Below are positions 13,861-25,021 of a stretch of DNA of 57,927 nucleotides, in pieces (position 1 is the stretch's first letter; each line of letters begins with the position of its first letter). The DNA comes from Utricularia gibba (Eukaryota; Plantae; Magnoliophyta), in the NCBI GenBank assembly GCA_002189035.1, contig NEEC01000287.1, positions 1 through 57,927 on the forward strand, given 5' to 3'. A program made the position numbers and the translations under genes. The notes under the pieces are model-generated. The model searched no databases, was not told the origin of the DNA, and worked only from the letters and a program-made list of their open reading frames with translations.

Positions 13861-14633
13861 GGGCCCGACCGACCCGACCTCCGGCCGATCCTAGTGCCCC
13901 TCGAGAGCGCCTCCTCAAATAAAAGTTGTGGTTGAGAAAACCATTTGGGTGCTCATGACATCCTAACTTCAATAAATGCATCACGATTTTCGTTGAATAG
14001 GACCCGATTGGCTCAGGAGTCGAACCGAACCTTGGGTCCGGATGAACTTCCCAACGAAAGCACCCACCCAAAAACGACAAGCTTTTCCTTCAGAAACATG
14101 TAGGCAGCTGCCGAAAACCCAACGTTAATAAATGGATCACTTTTTTTTGCCGGGCTACAAATGACTATGGGCCCGAGCGACCGACCTCCGGCCGATCCTG
14201 TGCCCCTCGAGAGCGCCTCCTCAAATATAAAGCTTGTGGATGAGAAAACCATTTGGGGTGCTCATGACATCCTAACTTCAATAAATGCATCACGATTTTC
14301 GTCGAATAGGACCCGATTGGGCTCAGGAGTCGAACCGAACCTTGGGTCCGGACGAAGTTCCCAACGAAAGCACCCAAAAAGACAAGCTTTTCCTTCAGAA
14401 ACCATGTAAGCAGCTGCCGAAAACCCAACGTTAAATAATGGATCACTTTTTTGCCGGGCTACAAATGACTATGGGCCCGAGTTCGATATGACCTCCGGCC
14501 CGATCCTAGTGCCCCTCGAGAGCGCCTCCTCAAATAAAAGCATGTGGTTGAGAAAACCATTTGGGGTGCTCATGACATCCTAACTTCAATAAATGCATCA
14601 CGATTTTCGTTGAATAGGACCCGATTGGGCGCA

Positions 14634-14644
14634 GGAGTCGAACC
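14634..14644 (-). promoter_or_regulatory. Pol III B-box-like motif GGTTCGACTCC (representative copy; present in nearly every monomer, first at 120-130)
   Basis: Plus-strand GGAGTCGAACC reverse-complements to GGTTCGACTCC, an exact fit to the tRNA B-box consensus GGTTCGANTCC. There is no convincing A-box or cloverleaf, so function is unproven. Confidence 0.4.
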
Positions 14645-14786
14645 GAACCTTGGGTCCGGATGAACTTCCCAACGAAAGCACCCACCCAAAAACGACAAGC
14701 TTTTCCTTCAGAAACAATGTAGGCAGCTGCCGAAAACCCAACGTTAATAAATGGATCACTTTTTTTGCCGGGCTACAAATGACTAT

Positions 14787-16658
14787 GGGCCGAGCCCGAC
14801 CCGACCTCCGGCCCGATCCTGGTGCCCCTCGAGAGCGCCTCCTCAAATATAAAGCTTGTGGATGAGAAAGCCATTTGGGGTGCTCATGACATCCTAACTT
14901 CAAAAATGCATGTTGATTTTTGTTGAATAGGACCCGATTGGGCTCAGGAGTCGAACCGAACCTTGGTCCGGATGAACTTCCCAATGAAAGCACCAACCAA
15001 AAACGACAAGCTTTTCCTTCAGAAACCATGTAAGCAGCTGCCGAAAACCCAACGTTAATAAATGGATCACTTTTTTTCCCGGGCTACAAATGACTATGGG
15101 CCCGAGCCGACCTGACCTCCGGCCCGATCCTGGTGCCCCTCGAGAGCGCCTCCTCAAATATAAAGCTTGTGGATGAGAAAACCATTTGGGGTGCTCATGA
15201 CATCCTAACTTCAATAAATGCATCACGATTTTCGTCAAATAGTACCGATTTGGCTCAGGAGTCGAACCGAAACTTGGGTCGGACGAAGTTCCCAACGACA
15301 GCACCCACCCAAAAAAGACAAGCTTTTCCTTCAGAAACATGTAGGCAGCTGCCGAAAACCCAACGTTAATAAATGGATCACTTTTTTTGCCGGCTACAAA
15401 TGACTATGGGCCCGATTTCGACAAGACCTCCGGCCGATCCTAGTGCCCCTCGAGAGCGCCTCCTCAAATAAAATTGTGGTTGAGAAACCATTTGGGGTGC
15501 TCATGACATCCTAACTTCAATAAATGCATCACGATTTTCGTTGAATAGGACCCGATTGGGCGCAGGAGTCGAACCGAACCTTGGTCCGGATGAACTTCCC
15601 AACGAAAGCACCCACCCAAAAAACGACAAGCTTTTCCTTCAGAAACAATGTAGGCAGCTGCCGAAAACCCAACGTTAATAAATGGATCACTTTTTTTGCC
15701 GGGCTACAAATGACTATGGGCCCGAGCCCGACCCGACCTCCAGCCCGATCCTGGTGCCCCTCGAGAGCGCCTCCTCAAATATAAATCTTGTGGATGAGAA
15801 AGCCATTTGGGTGCTCATGACATCCTAACTTCAAAAAATGCATGTTGATTTTTGTTGAATAGGACCCGATTGGGCTCAGGAGTCGAACCGAACCTTGTGT
15901 CCGGATGAACTTCCCAATGAAAGCACCAAACCAAAAAACGACAAGCTTTTCCTTCAGAAACCATGTAAGCAGCTGCCGAAAACCCAACGTTAATAAATGG
16001 ATCACTTTTTTTTCCCGGGCTACAAATGACTATGGGCCCGAGCCGACCTGACCTCCGGCCCGATCCTGGTGCCCCTCGAGAGACCCTCCTCAAATATAAA
16101 GCTTGTGGATGAGAAAACCATTTGGGGTGCTCATGACATCCTAACTTCAATAAATGCATCACGATTTTCGTCAAATAGTACCTGATTTGGCTCAGGAGTC
16201 GAACCGAAACTTGGGTCTGGACGAAGTTCCCAACGACAGCACCCACCAAAAAAGACAAGCTTTTCCTTCAGAAACAATGTAGGCAGCTGCCGAAAACCCA
16301 ACGTTAATAAATGGATCACTTTTTTTGCCGGGCTACAAATGACTATGGGCCCGATTTCGACAAGACCTCCGGCCAGATCCTAGTGCCCTCGAGAGCGCCT
16401 CCTCAAATAAAAGTATGTGGTTGGAAAACCATTTGGGGTGCTCATGACATCCTAACTTCAATAAATGCATCACGATTTTCGTTGAATAGGACCCGATTGG
16501 CCGCAGGAGTCGAACCGAACCTTGGGTCCGGATGAACTTCCCAACGAAAGCACCCACCCAAAAACGACAAGCTTTTCCTTCAGAAACAATGTAGGCAGCT
16601 GCCGAAAACCCAACGTTAATAAATGGATCACTTTTTTTGCCGGGCTACAAATGACTAT
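14787..16658. repeat. 3-monomer HOR (A-B-C) x2, ~0.93 kb
   Basis: A at 14787 and 15718, B at 15098 and 16034, C (GATTTCGACAAGACC head, TGTGGTTG) at 15408 and 16347. Confidence 0.75.
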
Positions 16659-19600
16659 GGGCCCGATTTCGAAAAGACCTCCGGCCGATCCTAGTGCCCT
16701 CGAGAGCGCCTCCTCAAATATAAAGCTTGTGGATGAGAAAACCATTTGGGGTGCTCATGACATCCTAACTTCAAAAAATGCATCACGATTTTTGTCGAAT
16801 AGGACCCGATTGGGCTCAGGAGTCGAACCGAACCTTGGGTCCGGACGAAGTTCCCAATGAAAGCACCCAAAAAAAAACGACAAGCTTTTCCTTCAGAAAC
16901 CATGTAAGCAGCTGCCGAAAACCCAACGTTAATTAATGGATCACTTTTTTGCCGGGTTACAAATGACTATGGGCCCGAGTTCGATATGACCTCCGGCCCG
17001 ATCCTAGTGCCCCTCGAGAGCGCCTCCTCAAATATAAATCTTGTGGATGAGAAACCATTTGGGGTGCTCATGACATCCTAACTTCAATAAATGCATCACG
17101 ATTTTCGTTGAATAGGACCCGATTGGGCGCAGGAGTCGAACCGAACCTTGGGTCCGGATGAACTTCCCAACGAAAGCACCCACCCAAAAACGACAAGCTT
17201 TTCCTTCAGAAACAATGTAGGCAGCTGCCGAAAACCCAACGTTAATAAATGGATCACTTTTTTGCCGGGCTACAAATGACTATGGGCCCGAGCCCGACCG
17301 ACCTCCAGCCCGATCCTGGTGCCCCTCGAGAGCGCCTCCTCAAATATAAATCTTGTGGATGAGAAAGCCATTTGGGGTGCTCATGACATCCTAACTTCAA
17401 TAAATGCATCACGATTTTCGTTGAATAGGACCCGATTGGCGCAGGAGTCGAACCGAACCTTGGGTCCGGATGAACTTCCCAACGAAAGCACCCACCCAAA
17501 AACGACAAGCTTTTCCTTCAGAAACAATGTAGGCAGCTGCCGAAAACCCAACGTTAATAAATGGATCACTTTTTTTGCCGGGCTACAAATGACTATGGGC
17601 CCGATTTCGACAAGACCTCCGGCCCGATCCTAGTGCCCCTCGAGAGCGCCTCCTCAAATATAAATCTTGTGGATGAGAAAGCCATTTGGGGTGCTCATGA
17701 CATCCTAACTTCAATAAATGCATCACGATTTTCGTTGAATAGGACCCGATTGGGCTCAGGAGTCGAACCGAACCTTGGGTCCGGATGAACTTCCCAACGA
17801 AAGCACCCACCCAAAAACGACAAGCTTTTCCTTCAGAAACAATGTAGCAGCTGCCGAAAACCCAACGTTAATAAATGGATCACTTTTTGCCGGGCTACAA
17901 ATGACTATGGGCCCGAGCCGACCCGACCTCCGGCCGATCCTGGTGCCCCTCGAGAGCGCCTCCTCAAATATAAATCTTGTGGATGAGAAAACCATTTGGG
18001 TGCTCATGACATCCTAACTTCAAAAATGCATCACGATTTTTGTTGAATAGGACCCGATTGGCTCAGGAGTCGAACCGAACCTTGGTCCGGATGAACTTCC
18101 CAATGAAAGCACCAAACCAAAAACGACAAGCTTTTCCTTCAGAAACCATGTAAGCAGCTGCCGAAAACCCAACGTTAATAAATGGATCACTTTTTTTCCC
18201 GGGCTACAAATGACTATGGGCCCGATTTCGACAAGACCTCCGGCCAGATCCTAGTGCCCCTCGAGAGCGCCTCCTCAAATAAAAAGTATGTGGTTGGAAA
18301 ACCATTTGGGGTGCTCATGACATCCTAACTTCAATAAATGCATCACGATTTTCGTTGAATAGGACCCGATTGGGCAGGAGTCGAACCGAACCTTGGGTCC
18401 GGATGAACTTCCCAACGAAAGCACCCACCCAAAAACGACAAGCTTTTCCTTCAGAAACAATGTAGGCAGCTGCCGAAAACCCAACGTTAATAAATGGATC
18501 ACTTTTTTTGCCGGGCTACAAATGACTATGGGCCCGAGTTCGAAGACCTCCGGCCGATCCTAGTGCCCCTCGAGAGCGCCTCCTCAAATAAAATCTTGTG
18601 GATGAGAAAGCCATTTGGGGTGCTCATGACATCCTAACTTCAAAAATGCATGTTGATTTTTGTTGAATAGGACCCGATTGGGCTCAGGAGTCGAACCGAA
18701 CCTTGTGTCCGGATGAACTTCCCAATGAAAGCACCAAACCAAAAACGACAAGCTTTTCCTTCAGAAACCATGTAAGCAGCTGCCGAAAACCAACGTTAAT
18801 AAATGGATCACTTTTTTTCCCGGGCTACAAATGACTATGGGCCCGAGCCGACCTGACCTCCGGCCCGATCCTGGTGCCCCTCGAGAGCCCTCCTCAAATA
18901 AAGCTTGTGGATGAGAAACCATTTGGGGTGCTCATGACATCCTAACTTCAATAAATGCATCACGATTTTCGTCAAATAGTACCTGATTTGGCTCAGGAGT
19001 CGAACCGAAACTTGGGTCGGACGAAGTTCCCAACGACAGCACCCACCAAAAAAGACAAGCTTTTCCTTCAAAAACAATGTAGGCAGCTGCCGAAAACCCA
19101 ACGTTAATAAATGGATCACTTTTTTGCCGGGCTACAAATGACTATGGGCCCGATTTCGACAAGACCTCCGGCCAGATCCTAGTGCCCCTCGAGAGCGCCT
19201 CCTCAAATAAAAGTATGTGGTTGGAAAACCATTGGGGTGCTCATGACATCCTAACTTCAATAAATGCATCACGATTTTCGTGAATAGGACCCGATTGGCG
19301 CAGGAGTCGAACCGAACCTTGGTCCGGATGAACTTCCCAACGAAAGCACCCACCAAAAACGACAAGCTTTTCCTTCAGAAACAATGTAGGCAGCTGCCGA
19401 AAACCCAACGTTAATAAATGGATCACTTTTTTTGCCGGGCTACAAATGACTATGGGCCCGAGCCCGGACCTCCGGCCCGATCCTAGTGCCCCTCGAGAGC
19501 GCCTCCTCAAATATAAAGCTTGTGGATGAGAAAGCCATTTGGGGTGCTCATGACATCCTAACTTCAATAAATGCATCACGATTTTCGTTGAATAGGACCC

Positions 19601-21294
19601 GATTGGGCTCAGGAGTCGAACCGAACCTTGGGTCCGGATGAACTTCCCAACGAAAGCACCACAAAAACGACAAGCTTTTCCTTCAGAAACCATGTAAGCA
19701 GCTGCCGAAAACCCAACGTTAATAAATGGATCACTTTTTTGCCGGGCTACAAATGACTATGGGCCGAGCCCGACCGACCTCCGGCCCGATCCTAGTGCCC
19801 CTCGAGAGCGCCTCCTCAAATATAAATCTTGTGGATGAGAAAGCCATTTGGGGTGCTCATGACATCCTAACTTCAAAAATGCATCACGATTTTTGTTGAA
19901 TAGGACCCGATTGGGCTCAGGAGTCGAACCGAACCTTGGGTCCGGATGAACTTCCCAACGAAAGCACCACCCAAAAACGACAAGCTTTTCCTTCAGAAAC
20001 AATGTAGGCAGCTGCCGAAAACCCAACGTTAATAAATGGATCACTTTTTTTGCCGGGCTACAAATGACTATGGGCCCGAGTTCGATATGACCTCCGGCCC
20101 GATCCTAGTGCCCCTCGAGAGCGCCTCTCAAATAAAAAGCATGTGGATGGAAAACCATTTGGGGTGCTCATGACATCCTAACTTCAATAAATGCATCACG
20201 ATTTTCGTTGAATAGGACCCGATTGGCTCAGGAGTCGAACCGAACCTTGGGTCGGACGAACTTCCCAACGAAAGCACCCACCAAAAACGACAAGCTTTTC
20301 CTTCAGAAACAATGTAGGCAGCTGCCGAAAACCCAACGTTAATAAATGGATCACTTTTTTTTGCCGGGCTACAAATGACTATGGCCGAGCCCGACCCGAC
20401 CTCCAGCCCGATCCTGGTGCCCCTCGAGAGCGCCTCCTCAAATATAAATCTTGTGGATGAGAAAACCATTTGGGGTGCTCATGACATCCTAACTTCAAAA
20501 AATGCAATTTTTGTTGAATAGGACCCGATTGGGCTCAGGAGTCGAACCGAACCTTGGTCCGGATGAACTTCCCAATGAAAGCACCACCAAAAACGACAAG
20601 CTTTTCCTTCAGAAACAATGTAGGCAGCTGCCGAAAACCCAACGTTAATAAATGGATCACTTTTTTTGCCGGGCTACAAATGACTAGGGCCCGATTTCGA
20701 CGACCTCCGGCCAGATCCTAGTGCCCCTCGAGAGCGCCTCCTCCTTGTGGTTGGAAAACCATTTGGGGTGCTCATGACATCCTAACTTCAATAAATGCAT
20801 CACGATTTTCGTTGAATAGGACCCGATTGGGCAGGAGTCGAACCGAACCTTGGGTCCGGATGAACTTCCCAACGAAAGCACCCACCAAAAACGACAAGCT
20901 TTTCCTTCAGAAACAATGTAGGCAGCTGCCGAAAACCCAACGTTAATAAATGGATCACTTTTTGCCGGGCTACAAATGACTATGGGCCCGATTTCGACAA
21001 GACCTCCGGCCAGATCCTAGTGCCCTCGAGAGCGCCTCCTCAAATATAAATCTTGTGGATGAGAAACCATTTGGGGTGCTCATGACATCCTAACTTCAAT
21101 AAATGCATCACGATTTTCGTTGAATAGGACCCGATTGGGCGCAGGAGTCGAACCGAACCTTGGGTCCGGATGAACTTCCAACGAAAGCACCCACCCAAAA
21201 ACGACAAGCTTTTCCTTCAGAAACAATGTAGCAGCTGCCGAAAACCCAACGTTAATAAATGGATCACTTTTTTTGCCGGGCTACAAATGACTAT

Positions 21295-23165
21295 GGCCCG
21301 AGCCCGACCCGACCTCCAGCCCGATCCTGGTGCCCCTCGAGAGCGCCTCCTCAAATATAAATCTTGTGGATGAGAAAGCCATTTGGGGTGCTCATGACAT
21401 CCTAACTTCAAAAAATGCATGTTGATTTTCGTTGAATAGGACCCGATTGGGCTCAGGAGTCGAACCGAACCTTGGTCCGGATGAACTTCCCAATGAAAGC
21501 ACCAACAAAAAACGACAAGCTTTTCCTTCAGAAACATGTAAGCAGCTGCCGAAAACCCAACGTTAATAAATGGATCACTTTTTTTCCCGGGCTACAAATG
21601 ACTATGGGCCCGAGCCCGACCTGACCTCCGGCCGATCCTGGTGCCCCTCGAGAGCGCCTCCTCAAATATAAAGCTTGTGGATGAGAAAACCATTTGGGGT
21701 GCTCATGACATCCTAACTTCAATAAATGCATCACGATTTTCGTCAAATAGTACCTGATTTGGCTCAGGAGTCGAACGAACTTGGGTTGGACGAAGTTCCC
21801 AACGACAGCACCCACCCAAAAAAGACAAGCTTTTCCTTGAGAAACCATGTAGGCAGCTGCCGAAAACCCAACGTTAATTAATGGATCACTTTTTTGCCGG
21901 GCTACAAATGACTATGGGCCCGAGTTCGATATGACCTCCGGCCCGATCCTAGTGCCCCTCGAGAGCGCCTCCTCAAATAAAAGCATGTGGTTGAGAAACC
22001 ATTTGGGGTGCTCATGACATCCTAACTTCAATAAATGCATCACGATTTTCGTTGAATAGGACCCGATTGGGCGCAGGAGTCGAACCGAACCTTGGGTCCG
22101 GATGAACTTCCCAACGAAAGCACCCACCCAAAAACGACAAGCTTTTCCTTCAGAAACAATGTAGGCAGCTGCCGAAAACCCAACGTTAATAAATGGATCA
22201 CTTTTTTTGCCGGGCTACAAATGACTATGGCCGAGCCCGACCCGACCTCCAGCCCGATCCTGGTGCCCCTCGAGAGCGCCTCCTCAATATAAAATCTTGT
22301 GGATGAGAAAGCCATTTGGGGTGCTCATGACATCCTAACTTCAAAAAAATGCATGTTGATTTTTGTTGAATAGGACCCGATTGGGCTCAGGAGTCGAACC
22401 GAACCTTGTGTCCGGATGAACTTCCCAATGAAAGCACCAAACCAAAAACGACAAGCTTTTCCTTCAGAAACCATGTAAGCAGCTGCCGAAAACCCAACGT
22501 TAATAAATGGATCACTTTTTTTCCCGGGCTACAAATGACTATGGGCCCGAGCCCGACCTGACCTCCGGCCCGATCCTGGTGCCCCTCGAGAGCCCTCCTC
22601 AAATATAAAGCTTGTGGATGAGAAAACCATTTGGGGTGCTCATGACATCCTAACTTCAATAAATGCATCACGATTTTCGTCAAATAGTACCTGATTTGGC
22701 TCAGGAGTCGAACCGAAACTTGGGTCTGGACGAAGTTCCCAACGACAGCACCCACCCAAAAAGACAAGCTTTTCCTTCAGAAACAATGTAGGCAGCTGCC
22801 GAAAACCCAACGTTAATAAATGGATCACTTTTTTTGCCGGGCTACAAATGACTATGGGCCCGATTTCGACAAGACCTCCGGCCAGATCCTAGTGCCCCTC
22901 GAGAGCGCCTCCTCAAATAAAAAGTATGTGGTTGGAAAACCATTTGGTGCTCATGACATCCTAACTTCAATAAATGCATCACGATTTTCGTTGAATAGGA
23001 CCCGATTGGCGCAGGAGTCGAACCGAACCTTGGGTCCGGATGAACTTCCCAACGAAAGCACCCACCAAAAACGACAAGCTTTTCCTTCAGAAACAATGTA
23101 GGCAGCTGCCGAAAACCCAACGTTAATAAATGGATCACTTTTTTTGCCGGGCTACAAATGACTAT
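21295..23165. repeat. 3-monomer HOR (A-B-C'/C) x2
   Basis: A at 21295 and 22229, B at 21606 and 22543, C' at 21916, C at 22856. Confidence 0.7.
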
Positions 23166-25021
23166 GGGCCCGAGCCCGACCCGACCTCCAGCCGATCCTG
23201 GTGCCCCTCGAGAGCGCCTCCTCAAATATAAATCTTGTGGATGAGAAACCATTTGGGGTGCTCATGACATCCTAACTTCAATAAATGCATCACGATTTTC
23301 GTTGAATAGGACCCGATTGGCTCAGGAGTCGAACCGAACCTTGGGTCCGGATGAACTTCCCAACGAAAGCACCACCCAAAAACGACAAGCTTTTCCTTCA
23401 GAAACAATGTAGGCAGCTGCCGAAAACCCAACGTTAATAAATGGATCACTTTTTTTTGCCGGGCTACAAATGACTATGGGCCCGAGCCCGACCGACCTCC
23501 GGCCCGATCCTGGTGCCCCTCGAGAGCGCCTCCTCAAATATAAATCTTGTGGATGAGAAACCATTTGGGGTGCTCATGACATCCTAACTTCAAAAAAATG
23601 CATCACGATTTTGTTGAATAGGACCCGATTTGGCTCAGGAGTCGAACCGAACCTTGGTCCGGATGAACTTCCCAACGAAAGCACCAACCAAAAACGACAA
23701 GCTTTTCCTTCAGAAACCATGTAAGCAGCTGCCGAAAACCCAACGTTAATAAATGGATCACTTTTTTTTCCCGGGCTACAAATGACTATGGGCCCGAGCC
23801 GACCGACCTCCGGCCCGATCCTGGTGCCCCTCGAGCGCCTCCTCAAATATAAAGTTGTGGATGAGAAAACCATTTGGGGTGCTCATGACATCCTAACTTC
23901 AATAAATGCATCACGATTTTCGTTGAATAGGACCGATTGGCTCAGGAGTCGAACCGAACCTTGGGTCGGGACTTCCCAACGAAAGCACCACCCAAAAACG
24001 ACAAGCTTTTCCTTCAGAAACAATGTAGGCAGCTGCCGAAAACCCAACGTTAATAAATGGATCACTTTTTTTGCCGGGCTACAAATGACTATGGCCCGAT
24101 TTCGAAAAGACCTCCGGCCAGATCCTAGTGCCCCTCGAGAGCGCCTCCTCAAATATAAAGCTTGTGGATGAGAAACCATTTGGGGTGCTCATGACATCCT
24201 AACTTCAAAAAATGCATCACGATTTTGTGAATAGGACCCGATTGGGCTCAGGAGTCGAACCGAACCTTGGGTCCGGATGAACTTCCCAACGAAAGCACCC
24301 ACCCAAAAACGACAAGCTTTTCCTTCAGAAACCATGTAAGCAGCTGCCGAAAACCCAACGTTAATAAATGGATCACTTTTTTTCCCGGGCTACAAATGAC
24401 TATGGGCCCGAGCCGACCTGACCTCCGGCCCGATCCTGGTGCCCCTCGAGAGCGCCTCCTCAAATATAAAGCTTGTGGATGAGAAAACCATTTGGGGTGC
24501 TCATGACATCCTAACTTCAATAAATGCATCACGATTTTCGTCAAATAGACCTGATTGGCTCAGGAGTCGAACCGAACTTGGGTCGGATGAAGTTCCCAAC
24601 GAAAGCACCCACCCAAAAAAGACAAGCTTTTCCAAAACCATGTAGGCAGCTGCCGAAAACCCAACGTTAATAAATGGATCACTTTTTTTGCCGGGCTACA
24701 AATGACTATGGGCCGATTTCGACAAGACCTCCGGCCGATCCTAGTGCCCCTCGAGAGCGCCTCCTCAAATAAAAGCATGTGGTTGAGAAAACCATTTGGG
24801 GTGCTCATGACATCCTAACTTCAATAAATGCATCACGATTTTCGTTGAATAGGACCCGATTGGGCGCAGGAGTCGAACCGAACCTTGGGTCCGGATGAAC
24901 TTCCCAACGAAAGCACCCACCCAAAAACGACAAGCTTTTCCTTCAGAAACAATGTAGGCAGCTGCCGAAAACCCAACGTTAATAAATGGATCACTTTTTT
25001 TGCCGGGCTACAAATGACTAT

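Noticed and set aside
14616-14658. Hairpin GGACCCGA...TTGGGTCC
   Set aside because: An 8 bp stem with a wobble pair and a long loop is expected by chance.
14663-14680. CENP-B box resemblance on the minus strand (TTTCGTTGGGAAGTTCA)
   Set aside because: Only the 5' TTCGTTGG matches. The essential A and CGGG positions of nTTCGnnnnAnnCGGGn are missing.
14570-14720. Full tRNA gene around the B-box
   Set aside because: The T-stem pairs poorly, the A-box is only 6/9, a T5 terminator would fall inside the transcript, and I could not build a cloverleaf by eye.
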